Source of the DNA: Candidatus Nanoarchaeia archaeon
GTDB lineage: Archaea > Nanobdellota > Nanobdellia > Woesearchaeales > JACPBV01
Assembly (NCBI GenBank): GCA_028279655.1
Contig: JANQNH010000005.1
Span: forward strand, 144,962-208,961
DNA: 64,000 bases
Direction: 5' to 3'
Positions 46,555 through 56,293 of the stretch are shown piece by piece. A program made the position numbers and the translations under genes. Within the stretch, counting starts at the first letter, position 1, and the number at the start of each line of letters is the position of its first letter. Below the pieces are notes generated by a model, which worked only from the letters and a program-made list of their open reading frames with translations, was not told where the DNA came from and searched no databases.

Positions 46555-48339
46555 ATGAAAAAAGAGGAGGTCAAAGCAGATTATTTTTTTGAAGTAAGTT
46601 GGGAGATATGCCATCAGGTTGGAGGCATATACACAGTGATTAAGTCCAAAGCAGGCAAGCTATATCAGCTATATAAGGAAAAATATTTCTTGATAGGTCC
46701 GTATTATGCCAAAGAAGCAGCTATCAAGTTTGAAGCTAGGAAGCCTCCAAAAGAGATAGAAAGGATATTCAGCGAACTTAAGAAAAACAAGATAGAATGT
46801 TATTTCGGTAAATGGAACATTGAAGGAGTAAAAGTAAATACCATATTGATAGATTTCTCTAAATATATGATCAAGGCAAATGAGATAAAGAGCAGGCTGT
46901 GGAAGGATTTCAAGATAGATTCCTTTAATTCAGGTGAAGAGTTTAACACATGGGTTACATGGGGAACTACAGCAGGTATGCTGTTAGAAGGCCTCAGAAA
47001 AAAACTTAAGGGAAAGATAGTTGCTCAGTTTCACGAGTATCTGACAGGAGCTGCCCTGCTGCACCTAAAGAAGAACAAGGTCAAGATTGCTACTGTCTTC
47101 ACAACGCATGCAACCTATCTAGGCAGGACGCTGGCAAGTGCAGGAATACCTCTTTATGAGGTCATAAAGAAGATCAAGCCAAAGGAGAATGCATATAAGT
47201 ATAAGATTCCAGACAGATATTCTTTGGAGAAAGCAGCAGCACTAAACGCAAACGTCTTCACAACAGTGTCCGATATAACTGCACTTGAAGCAACCAATCT
47301 TGTAGGCAGAAGACCAGATATCGTGCTCCCAAACGGTCTTGATATATCCAAATTCCCAGCATTGGAACAAAGGGCTATCAGCCATTCAAAGTTCAAGACA
47401 CAGATACTTGACTTTGCAAAGGTTTTCTTCTTTCCTTATTACAGGTTTGACCTGGATAATACCCTCCTATACTTCATAGCAGGCAGATATGAGTTCAAGA
47501 ATAAGGGGGTTGACATATTCATTAAGTCATTGGGACAACTGAACAAAAAGTTGATAATGGAAAAGAGCGATAGGAACATCATAGCGTTGATATGGGTGCC
47601 TTCTAAAGTAGAGGGGATAGACAAGACCTTATTGCAGAATAAGATCAATTATGAGGGTGTGGAGAACTTCATGGACCGCTCCCTTGATGATATAAAGGCG
47701 AACATAATAGACTCCATTGTCAACCAGAAGCTCCCTACAACAAGAGAACTATTCAGCGGAACTTTCTACTATCAGATGAAGAAGAAGATGATGGAATTCA
47801 AGAAAAAAGGAAAGCCGCTTGTAGTAACCCATAACCTTGCTGACAAAAATGACATCATAATTAAAGCCTTAAAAAAAGCCGGCCTTAACAATTCCATAAG
47901 GGATAAGGTAAAGGTCATATACTATCCTGTATACCTTACAGGGGCTGACGGACTGATAGATCTCAGCTATTACGATGCAATTATGGGGTGTCACTTAGGT
48001 ATCTTCCCTTCTTATTATGAACCATGGGGATATACCCCTTTAGAGACCGGCGCATTAGGCGTCTCCGCCTTAACAACAGATCTTAGTGGATTTGGAAAGT
48101 ATCTTCTGAAGAAGCATAAGAAATGCAAAGGTATCTGGGTCCTGAAAAGGCAGAACACAAAGGAAGAACTATCCATAGCAAGACTAACAAGTATTATGTA
48201 TGATTATGCAAAGTTAACCCAGAGGCAGAGGATACAAAAGAAATTGGAGGCAAAGAGCGTATCCAATCTGGCTGATTGGGAAAATATGGTTAACTATTAC
48301 ATCAAGGCACATAATATGGCCTTAAAAAAGGTAAGATAG
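46555..48339 (+). CDS. GT3-family (eukaryote-type) glycogen synthase-like glycosyltransferase
   Basis: N-terminal FFEVSWEICHQVGGIYTVIKSKA matches the GT3 Glycogen_syn signature (FEVAWEVANKVGGIYTV). 594 aa. Confidence 0.6.
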   Translation: MKKEEVKADYFFEVSWEICHQVGGIYTVIKSKAGKLYQLYKEKYFLIGPYYAKEAAIKFEARKPPKEIERIFSELKKNKIECYFGKWNIEGVKVNTILIDFSKYMIKANEIKSRLWKDFKIDSFNSGEEFNTWVTWGTTAGMLLEGLRKKLKGKIVAQFHEYLTGAALLHLKKNKVKIATVFTTHATYLGRTLASAGIPLYEVIKKIKPKENAYKYKIPDRYSLEKAAALNANVFTTVSDITALEATNLVGRRPDIVLPNGLDISKFPALEQRAISHSKFKTQILDFAKVFFFPYYRFDLDNTLLYFIAGRYEFKNKGVDIFIKSLGQLNKKLIMEKSDRNIIALIWVPSKVEGIDKTLLQNKINYEGVENFMDRSLDDIKANIIDSIVNQKLPTTRELFSGTFYYQMKKKMMEFKKKGKPLVVTHNLADKNDIIIKALKKAGLNNSIRDKVKVIYYPVYLTGADGLIDLSYYDAIMGCHLGIFPSYYEPWGYTPLETGALGVSALTTDLSGFGKYLLKKHKKCKGIWVLKRQNTKEELSIARLTSIMYDYAKLTQRQRIQKKLEAKSVSNLADWENMVNYYIKAHNMALKKVR

Positions 48340-48376
48340 AAAAATATAAAAAGGCTAGTTCTAAACATAACTCACT

Positions 48377-49162
48377 ATGAAAGCAATAATACTAGCAGGG
48401 GGATACGCAAAAAGGCTCTGGCCCGTTACCAAAAACATGCCAAAGCAGCTATTACCAGTAGCTGGAAAGCCAATAATTGAGTATCCGATTGAGAATATTG
48501 AACTAACAAAAAGGATAAAAGAACTCATAATCTCTATAAATGCCTATTTTGAGTTCAATTTTAGAGAATGGTTTACAAAATATCAATTCAGAAAAAAGAC
48601 TAAGTTGGTGATAGAGAAAACATTTTCAGAAGAGGAGAAACTTGGTTCTATTGGGGCCCTTCATTACCTGATTGACAAGCTAGGGATAAAAGATGACATA
48701 CTTATCATAGGAGGGGATAACCTGTTTGAATTTTCTCTTAGGAAATTTATCAATTACTACAAGCAACAAAAGACCAGCGTTGTAGGATTATACGATATAA
48801 AGGACAAAGCAAAGGTTAAAGGAAGGTATGGTATAGTAGAGCTTGACAATAATGATAAAATTACAAGCTTCCAGGAGAAGCCACAAAACCCAAAAACATC
48901 GCTTGTAAATACTGCATGCACGATATTATCAAAAGAAGACATTAAGTTGATACCTCAATACATAGAGGAAGGTAACAATAAAGATGCCTTTGGATATCTT
49001 ATTGAATGGATAGCAAAGAAAAAACCAGTACATGGATTTACCTTTGACTCATCATGGTTTGATATAGGTTCCTTTGAGGCATATGATGAAGCCAACCTCT
49101 ACTATAGGCAAAAAAGGATATCAGCTATGAGGGAAAGAAAGGTGATTGTTAACCTAGAATAG
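48377..49162 (+). CDS. Sugar-1-phosphate nucleotidyltransferase (glucose-1-phosphate NDP-transferase-like)
   Basis: MKAIILAGGYAKRLWPVT is the G-x-G-T-R-L motif of NTP_transferase. 261 aa. Confidence 0.7.
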   Translation: MKAIILAGGYAKRLWPVTKNMPKQLLPVAGKPIIEYPIENIELTKRIKELIISINAYFEFNFREWFTKYQFRKKTKLVIEKTFSEEEKLGSIGALHYLIDKLGIKDDILIIGGDNLFEFSLRKFINYYKQQKTSVVGLYDIKDKAKVKGRYGIVELDNNDKITSFQEKPQNPKTSLVNTACTILSKEDIKLIPQYIEEGNNKDAFGYLIEWIAKKKPVHGFTFDSSWFDIGSFEAYDEANLYYRQKRISAMRERKVIVNLE

Positions 49163-49165
49163 AAA

Positions 49166-50308
49166 ATGAGATCAGATCCCAGGATTAAAGTTCTTATGTT
49201 CGGGTGGGAGTTCCCACCATACGTTACTGGGGGTCTTGGCACCCACTGTTGGAACCTCACAAAATCATTATCTAGTCTAGATACAAAAATTTTTTTTGTA
49301 ACTCCTCATCCAATCTCTAAAGATACGCATAACTTTATTGATATTGTAAGCTTGAATATAAGCCAAAGATTCAAAGGAAAAGGAAAAATCCTCAGCTATG
49401 GTAAATTCTATGAGAACAAAATAAGATTATATAATCGGTACAGTAAAGATATCTTGGATAAATATGATTTCGATATTATCCATTGTCAGGATAGGATGCC
49501 GATAAAAGCAGCCATAGCTGCAAAGAAAATATCTAAAAAACCCCTGGTTCTTACAGTGCACTCAACAGAATTTGACAAAACAGATAGGCCAAGGAAGAAG
49601 TGGATTGAGATTGAAAAGAAAGGTATGCAGTCTGCAGATAGGATAATTGCAGTATCTAATTACACAAAAGGTATCATAGTAAAGAAGTATGGCATAGATC
49701 CAAAAAAGATAGTTGCCATACCTAATGGGGTAGAGTCAAAGAAGACCCCTTCTAAGAAGAAGCTTGGGAAGACCAGAAACATATTCTATCTGGGCAGGAT
49801 AGCCTACCAAAAAGGCCTTCCTTACCTTATAGAGGCAGCAGCAAAAGTATTGAAAAAAGAGAAGAATGTTAAGTTTCTGATTGCAGGTGCAGGCAAGGAA
49901 AAGTACAAGAAGAAGTTAGAGAAAAAAATAGAGGAGTTAGGCCTTACAAAAGATGTGGTCTTCTTAGGTTACGTAAAAGATAGGAACTATTATTACAAAA
50001 AAGCTTATCTCTTTGTGATGCCTTCTGTTTCAGAGCCCTTTGGGATAACGCCTTTGGAGGCTATATCTAATGGAACCCCTGCAATAATATCTAAGCAGTC
50101 AGGCATTGCAGAGGTATTGAATAATTGCATTAAGGTAGATTACTTTGATACAGAAAAGATGGCAAAAAGCATTTTAATGCTCATAAAGGACAAAAAACGA
50201 TACGAAAAACTTCGCAAAGATTCTATAAGAGAGATAAATAATTTCTTTAGCTGGGATTATGTTGCAAAGCAGACAGTGGATGTATACAAGAGCCTATCGA
50301 AGAACTAG
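49166..50308 (+). CDS. GT4-family glycosyltransferase
   Basis: Carries the EPFGITPLEAISNGTPAI E-x7-E motif. 380 aa. Confidence 0.75.
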   Translation: MRSDPRIKVLMFGWEFPPYVTGGLGTHCWNLTKSLSSLDTKIFFVTPHPISKDTHNFIDIVSLNISQRFKGKGKILSYGKFYENKIRLYNRYSKDILDKYDFDIIHCQDRMPIKAAIAAKKISKKPLVLTVHSTEFDKTDRPRKKWIEIEKKGMQSADRIIAVSNYTKGIIVKKYGIDPKKIVAIPNGVESKKTPSKKKLGKTRNIFYLGRIAYQKGLPYLIEAAAKVLKKEKNVKFLIAGAGKEKYKKKLEKKIEELGLTKDVVFLGYVKDRNYYYKKAYLFVMPSVSEPFGITPLEAISNGTPAIISKQSGIAEVLNNCIKVDYFDTEKMAKSILMLIKDKKRYEKLRKDSIREINNFFSWDYVAKQTVDVYKSLSKN

Positions 50309-51642
50309 AATGAATTCTTTATCAAACGATTATAATTAAGAGAAATCTTCTTGCTGCTATACCACTTCCTTACATACTTCCTTCCTTCCATATTTATCTT
50401 CTTAGCCAATTTTTTGTTATCAACCACAATCCTGATAGCTTCAGCAATAGAGTCAGGATTCTTCTGTTCTACCAGTAATCCCCTGTTGTTTGCATTACAT
50501 ACCATAACATTCTTATTCTTGGATATATTCCTAAATCTTGGTTTGGAAGGCGTTCTGCATCCCAATTTAGAACACTTTTCAAACCACTTCTCCATATTGA
50601 ATTTCCATGCAGTTCCACCAGAGTCAGAGGCTATAACAACATTCTTTCCTAAGATTCCTGCAGCAAGAGCATCAACAACAGTTCTGGGACCTGTCTCTCC
50701 AAAATAAATCTCTCCTTTCTTCCAGATTTCAAAAGAAGAGGCTACAAAAGCCAAGGAATTGGCAATCAAAGGATAGAAATCACTGAAAGGGACCTTTCCG
50801 ATGATCTTGATCCTTTTCTCTTTTCCTATCAGCTTCTTAACCTGGTCTATAGTTCCATCTCCGCTTCCCCCTAAAAGGAAATAAAGATTTGGATAATCCT
50901 TCAATAGCTTTTTAGCTGCAATCACAAACTCTCTATGCCCTTTCTCAGGCTGGAACCTTCCTATGGTAAGTATAAACTCAGAACCCTTAGGTATCTTATA
51001 TCTCCTGTAATACCTCTCCTTGATATCCTTCAGCACCCTAACATCCCTCTTCAGCTCGCCTATTATATACTCCCATAGAACTACAGTAGGGCATACAACC
51101 ATATTCTTTGTTGGAAATTTCTCTTTATCAAAAAGCATCTTTGCAAATGGGGTCTCTTCTAATATAACAAGATCTGCCTTTTTGTACAGGTTTTTATATA
51201 GGTCCTCGAATGACCTTAATTGATACCCGCAAACATCGCTTCCATGCCCCTCTACTATTAATTTACATTTCCTTCCATAGTTTGATCTAAGTATGCTGCA
51301 GAACTGCTCTGCCTGAGGGGAATATCTGCCGCTTACAGCAACAACAACCACCTTTTTCTTAAGCTTGGGAACAATCTTCAGGGCTTCATTTACACTGTTG
51401 AAATGGGGCTGCAGAGGCATTCTAGAAGATACTTCTTTACTTTGCTCCAAACTTACCTCTTGGATCTTCAAATCCTTAGGATATCTCTTCCCTTTGAACT
51501 TCTCAGTATATGTTACAAAGTACGTATCTCCCAATATCCCCATCTCTCCTTGCTTTGTCAACAAGTCCCAATTAGAAACAGACGGACCTGTAATTACATT
51601 ATTGACAGAGTCCCCGAATCTTACTATTGAATAATTCACCAT
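50305..51642 (-). CDS. GT1/GT4-like glycosyltransferase
   Basis: C-terminal GT-B half contains LLGGSGDG and FGETGPRTVVDALAAG. 445 aa. Confidence 0.55.
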   Translation of the reverse strand: MVNYSIVRFGDSVNNVITGPSVSNWDLLTKQGEMGILGDTYFVTYTEKFKGKRYPKDLKIQEVSLEQSKEVSSRMPLQPHFNSVNEALKIVPKLKKKVVVVAVSGRYSPQAEQFCSILRSNYGRKCKLIVEGHGSDVCGYQLRSFEDLYKNLYKKADLVILEETPFAKMLFDKEKFPTKNMVVCPTVVLWEYIIGELKRDVRVLKDIKERYYRRYKIPKGSEFILTIGRFQPEKGHREFVIAAKKLLKDYPNLYFLLGGSGDGTIDQVKKLIGKEKRIKIIGKVPFSDFYPLIANSLAFVASSFEIWKKGEIYFGETGPRTVVDALAAGILGKNVVIASDSGGTAWKFNMEKWFEKCSKLGCRTPSKPRFRNISKNKNVMVCNANNRGLLVEQKNPDSIAEAIRIVVDNKKLAKKINMEGRKYVRKWYSSKKISLNYNRLIKNSF

Positions 51643-51691
51643 GCATAAAACCTATAGAGAATTTGGAATATCTCATATAAATAGTTATTGG

Positions 51692-52777
51692 TTATATCTT
51701 TCTGGCAACAAACCTAAGATGGTGCCAATCGTAAGTAACTCCCCTTTTGCCAGCCTCTTTAATCCTAAAAGCACTTTTAATGTGATCATTTGCCCCCAAT
51801 AATAAATTTTCAATTTCTGTTAATTGCCAATCTTCCTTTATCCCTAGCCTATTAGGGATGTAGATTCGAGTATCATTTGCAGGGGGCGTAGGAGGTTTTA
51901 AACTATGGTCTAAGGTAAACTCAACCTTTAATCCTGCTCTTTTCATAAGGGAGGCTAGCTTTGCTTGTGTTGGATACCATCTTTTGGGGTGTTTTTTGCC
52001 TATCAAAAAATCGTCAGCCTTATTATAAAATTTATTCATGAATCTGGCCAAGCTTCTATCTGGGGCAGCCATCTCAAGCCCAGTATATACTCCTCCTACC
52101 CTTAAGGATTCATTTATTTTAGATAGTATTGGTAAATACTTGCTTTTGGGATTATAATGAAGAACAGCCCTCGTAGTAATTCCATCTAACATATCTCTAA
52201 ACCTAACACTAACCAAATCTGATTGCAATGTTCCTACTCTATTTGGAGGTACCCCTACTTTCCTAGCTTCAGCTGGAACCTGAGCTAGATTATCTGGATT
52301 AAAATCAACTACTGTAAGATAAGCATTGTAGCCCCATTTCAATAGCCACCTCAGGACAGCAGTTCCTACTATCCCGCTTCCTCCACCAAAATCAGCTATC
52401 TTAAACTGCCCGGAGTAGCCAGTCCTAGCCCTATTTAGAATTGGAGTTACAAAGGCCTTCAATCCTCGGTAATATCCAGGATTTTGGTCTCCAAGCATTA
52501 CAGTAGCTGACAAAGGATCATAATTTGCCTGACCGTCTTTCAAACTTGTTCTTGAAATAGGTTTAACCTTAAAATTTGCAGAAGAAAAAATCTCAGCTAC
52601 TCTTCGTATCCTTACTATCTGAGCCCTACCAAAACCATGCTTAGTTATAAGTTCATTTTCAAATCCACCTAAATTTTCAAGGAAAGGTCCAAGATTACTA
52701 GTTTCTTTTAAAAAGTCCCTTACAAAAGGATAACCTAAAAATATCTTCAATTTACTTTTACGTAAAAATTCAAACAT
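51692..52777 (-). CDS. Putative SAM-dependent methyltransferase-fold protein
   Basis: KIADFGGGSGIVG resembles motif I (DxGxGxG). 361 aa. Confidence 0.4.
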   Translation of the reverse strand: MFEFLRKSKLKIFLGYPFVRDFLKETSNLGPFLENLGGFENELITKHGFGRAQIVRIRRVAEIFSSANFKVKPISRTSLKDGQANYDPLSATVMLGDQNPGYYRGLKAFVTPILNRARTGYSGQFKIADFGGGSGIVGTAVLRWLLKWGYNAYLTVVDFNPDNLAQVPAEARKVGVPPNRVGTLQSDLVSVRFRDMLDGITTRAVLHYNPKSKYLPILSKINESLRVGGVYTGLEMAAPDRSLARFMNKFYNKADDFLIGKKHPKRWYPTQAKLASLMKRAGLKVEFTLDHSLKPPTPPANDTRIYIPNRLGIKEDWQLTEIENLLLGANDHIKSAFRIKEAGKRGVTYDWHHLRFVARKI

Positions 52778-52874
52778 AAAACACCTACCGGATAATGATT
52801 ATATATATTTTTTGGTTATTCCTCCTTCTGATTTCAGAAACATATAAAAACTCCCACAACAATAAACCTAATAT

Positions 52875-54596
52875 GTGAAACAGATAAAACCAAAAGCAGA
52901 TGTTCTTATTGAAGTATCTTATGAGATAGTTGCAAAGCTAGGAGGGATACACACAGTAATAAAGACAAAAGCCCCTTTCATGAAAGATTACTACAAGGAT
53001 AACTATATTGTAATAGGGATATACACAAAAAAGGACGCAAGAAAGAAATTCAAGAGAAAAGAGCCGAATAAAGAGCTTAAGAACCTTTTCCAAAAGCTAA
53101 AGAAAGAAAAAATTAATTGCCATTATGGTATATGGAAAGCAAAATCAAGCCCAAAAGCGATACTCATAGACATCTCAAAGCTAAAAAGGGACAGGGCCAC
53201 TAAGAATGAGATATATAAGGATTACTGGATCGACCTCTCGCCAAGAAGGCTGAGCAAGCCAAAACTATATTCTGATGCCCTGATATGGAGCTTCGCAACC
53301 GGAAAGCTGCTCTCTGAGATGGTTAAATTACGACAGTTTAAGAAGAAAAAAGTAGTGGTTAATATCCACGAATATATGAGTGGGTTAACCTTATTATACC
53401 TAAGAAAGCACAAGACAAACATCCCCATAGTGTTTACCACTCATGCGACAGTCCTTGGCAGGGCAGTTACTTTTGGAGGGGTTAATCTTCCAAAAGATAT
53501 GATAATCTATAAGAAAAAAGACAAGGCACAGTACAAGAAGGTTATAGATTCTTATAGGTATAGGGTAGGTCAGATAATATACGACAGGCACCTTTACGAG
53601 AAGGCTTGCGCAAAGAAAGCCGACGTCTTTACAACAGTTTCTGAAACTCTATCCAAGGAGGCAGCATTCGTCCTAGACAAACCGGCAGACATCATTACCC
53701 CTAATGGGTTGGATATGGTAACCCCTCCATCTATCGAAGAGCAGCTTGCAATAAACTACAGGGCAAAAAAGAAAGTTAGTAAATTTCTTGAGTCTTATTT
53801 CCATAAGTTTTACCAAATAAAGACTGATAACTCTATTTTTTTCTACACAGCAGGAAGATATGAGATCATTACAAAAGGATATGATCTTCTGATAGAATCC
53901 CTGGGCAAGCTTAATCTAAGGTTAAAGAAAGAAAGATGTAAAAACCAAGTATTCGTTTTTCTCTTTATCATGACCCAGAAAAAAAGGAAAGTCACCGATG
54001 AGGTTCTAGAGATTGTAAACTCAAAATCCACAAAATTAACTGCAAAAAATCCACCTAACTGTCTCTTCAAAGGAAAACACGATATGATCCACTTCCTTCT
54101 TGAAAAGAACAAGCTTCTTAATAGACGCTGTGATAAGGTAAAGGTTCTTTACTATCCAGCCCCTGTAAAAAGAAAAGATAAGCTATTATCAATGCACTAC
54201 AAAGAAGCAATATCAGCAATGGATCTTGGAATTTTCCCTTCTTTGTATGAACCATGGGGATATACACCTTTAGAGACAGCAGCCATGGGCACTTTAGCTA
54301 TCACAACAGATATAGCTGGATTCGGTAAATTCATCCAGAAAAGAACAGATCAAAGAGGAACCAAAGGAATAGCTGTCTTAACAACCAAAGCACAAACCAA
54401 GGATCAAATGGCACAACGACTTTCAAACATGATGCATGAGATAGTTTCTATGCCTAAAGAAAGAAGACTTGAAAAAAGGATAGAAGCAAACAAGTTATCA
54501 GAAGTGGCCAATTGGGATGACTTCTCTAAGGAATACATAAAAGCACACAACCTAGCTATTGAAAAGCATAAAAGCAATAAAAGAGAAAAAAGGTAA
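52875..54596 (+). CDS. GT3-family glycogen synthase-like glycosyltransferase, second paralog
   Basis: VLIEVSYEIVAKLGGIHTVIKTKA N-terminal signature. C-terminal YEPWGYTPLE is shared with 46555..48339. Confidence 0.6.
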   Translation: MKQIKPKADVLIEVSYEIVAKLGGIHTVIKTKAPFMKDYYKDNYIVIGIYTKKDARKKFKRKEPNKELKNLFQKLKKEKINCHYGIWKAKSSPKAILIDISKLKRDRATKNEIYKDYWIDLSPRRLSKPKLYSDALIWSFATGKLLSEMVKLRQFKKKKVVVNIHEYMSGLTLLYLRKHKTNIPIVFTTHATVLGRAVTFGGVNLPKDMIIYKKKDKAQYKKVIDSYRYRVGQIIYDRHLYEKACAKKADVFTTVSETLSKEAAFVLDKPADIITPNGLDMVTPPSIEEQLAINYRAKKKVSKFLESYFHKFYQIKTDNSIFFYTAGRYEIITKGYDLLIESLGKLNLRLKKERCKNQVFVFLFIMTQKKRKVTDEVLEIVNSKSTKLTAKNPPNCLFKGKHDMIHFLLEKNKLLNRRCDKVKVLYYPAPVKRKDKLLSMHYKEAISAMDLGIFPSLYEPWGYTPLETAAMGTLAITTDIAGFGKFIQKRTDQRGTKGIAVLTTKAQTKDQMAQRLSNMMHEIVSMPKERRLEKRIEANKLSEVANWDDFSKEYIKAHNLAIEKHKSNKREKR

Positions 54597-54598
54597 TA

Positions 54599-54859
54599 TC
54601 ACTTTATCTTATTAGCTTTAAGAAACTCTGAGGCAGACAGGGTTTTCTTGCAATCATTACACTGAAAAGCCGCTTCACCATTTGGAGCAGGAAAATCTGA
54701 CTTTACAATATTTGAAGATTCACACTTAGGGCACTTAAGTTCTATCTCCTTCAGTTCAAAAAACTTAGAGCACTCCTTGCAAAAAAACACATCTCCTTTA
54801 CACAATAATATCTTGTGCTGCGGTGCATCACAAAAAGGACAAAAGTTTATCTCTCTCAT
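54599..54859 (-). CDS. Multi zinc-ribbon small protein
   Basis: Carries CPFC, CKEC, CPKC and CNDC pairs. 4-nt overlap with the upstream NfnA-like gene. Confidence 0.4.
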   Translation of the reverse strand: MREINFCPFCDAPQHKILLCKGDVFFCKECSKFFELKEIELKCPKCESSNIVKSDFPAPNGEAAFQCNDCKKTLSASEFLKANKIK

Positions 54860-55671
54860 TTTTCCCTCCGTGCCTTACACGTACATTTTTTCTCTTCATC
54901 AGCATAAGACTCGTTTCTGTTCATAAGCTCCTCCCAGTCTATCTGGTGTGCGTTGAACTCAGGACCATCGCAACATGCAAACTTGACCTCGTTCTTTACC
55001 ATGACTCTGCATCCTCCGCACATACCCATACCATCTATCATTATAGGATTAAGGGAGACTATTGTTTTTATCCTGCCTTTTGTTAATTCAGCTACAACCT
55101 TCATCATTATTGGTGGCCCAATAGCAATTACAAGGTCTATCTTCTCTCTTCTCATCAGGTCCCTTAAAACATCACTCACAAATCCTTTCTGTCCCTTGCT
55201 TCCGTCATCTGTAGCAACCAGCACCTTATCGCATGTCTGCTTGAACCTGTCCTCCCAGAAAAGGGTTTTCTTGCTTTTAGCCCCTAGAATAGCAGTGACC
55301 TTGTTCTTAGCCTCCTTCAATGCATTGGCTATAGGGAATATGGGTGCTATTCCCAATCCTCCTCCAATAAGGACCACATGTCCAAAAGTATCAATCCTTG
55401 AGGGATTTCCCAAAGGACCTACAACATCTATCAATGTATCCCCTTTTTTCAGTAATGCCAGCTCTCCAGTAGTCTTTCCAACAACCAAAAAGACTATGCT
55501 TATTGTCTTCTTTGAAGAATCAGCGATTGTTAATGGGATCCTCTCTCCTTTCTCATCTATCCTAAGTATGATGAACTGCCCCGCCTTTGCCTTCTTGGCA
55601 ATATCGGGTGCCTCGATCTCTGTAAGATAGGTATTCTCTGCCAGTTTTCTTTTCTGAAGTATTGCATACAT
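54856..55671 (-). CDS. Ferredoxin-NADP+ reductase-like FAD/[2Fe-2S] subunit (NfnA/SudB/PyrK family)
   Basis: FAD/NAD-binding FNR fold (GQFIILRI, LIGGGLGIAP) and a C-terminal MCGGCRV...CCDGP cluster. Confidence 0.7.
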   Translation of the reverse strand: MYAILQKRKLAENTYLTEIEAPDIAKKAKAGQFIILRIDEKGERIPLTIADSSKKTISIVFLVVGKTTGELALLKKGDTLIDVVGPLGNPSRIDTFGHVVLIGGGLGIAPIFPIANALKEAKNKVTAILGAKSKKTLFWEDRFKQTCDKVLVATDDGSKGQKGFVSDVLRDLMRREKIDLVIAIGPPIMMKVVAELTKGRIKTIVSLNPIMIDGMGMCGGCRVMVKNEVKFACCDGPEFNAHQIDWEELMNRNESYADEEKKCTCKARREK

Positions 55672-55684
55672 ATTATCCTACCTC

Positions 55685-56236
55685 TTAGGGTGCCTTCTTG
55701 GATAATGAAGGTTTATCCTTCCTTGGTTTTATAGATCTCATAAGATACTTCCTTGGTGCTTCATCGAGATCAGTAAACGAATCTGCAGCTTCTTTCAGTT
55801 TTGAACTGCTGGATTTTCCAAAAGCGATTACCTCTACTCTTACTCCCATTGCATGCTTCAGATGCCTTACAAGCTCTGCAAAATCTCCATCCCCGCTTAC
55901 CAGTACTGCTGTATCAAGCTTAGGTGCCAGTTCTATCATATCCATCGCTATTCCGATATCCCAGTCTCCCTTCTTATGCCCCCCATGGAATACCTGAAGA
56001 TCCTTTGACTTAACCTCAAAGCCTATCTTTTCCAAAGCATCAAAAAAATTCTTCTCATCCTTGATAACTGTAGTCTTGATTACATAAGCTATAGCCCTTA
56101 TCAGTGCCCTTCCATTAACACCTTGTCTTAATATCTGCACAAAATCGACCTTTGCATTATACATGGTTTTCGCAGAATAATACATGTTCTGTACATCTAC
56201 AAAAATCCCAACACGTTGCGCTTTGTTTATTACCAT
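55685..56236 (-). CDS. NYN-domain (LabA-like) protein
   Basis: VGIFVDVQNMYY and LVSGDGDF are typical of the NYN/LabA family. The track start at 56272 is TTG, so the likely ATG is at 56236. Confidence 0.6.
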   Translation of the reverse strand: MVINKAQRVGIFVDVQNMYYSAKTMYNAKVDFVQILRQGVNGRALIRAIAYVIKTTVIKDEKNFFDALEKIGFEVKSKDLQVFHGGHKKGDWDIGIAMDMIELAPKLDTAVLVSGDGDFAELVRHLKHAMGVRVEVIAFGKSSSSKLKEAADSFTDLDEAPRKYLMRSIKPRKDKPSLSKKAP

Positions 56237-56257
56237 TTTAAACCTCTTTTGTTTAAA

Positions 56258-56277
56258 TGAAAATGCTGCCAAGCGAG
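56258..56277. repeat. Truncated copy (left terminus only) of the 107-bp repeat family
   Basis: TGAAAATGCTGCCAAGCGAG is identical to the copy C left end. The sequence then diverges into the end of the mdh gene. Confidence 0.6.
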
Positions 56278-56293
56278 TTCTTCATAACCCAAT

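Noticed and set aside
56237-56272. N-terminal extension of the NYN gene (TTG start in the track), which would overlap the repeat fragment
   Set aside because: The conserved NYN domain starts at the internal Met (MVINKAQRVGIFVDV). The extension is more likely intergenic sequence.
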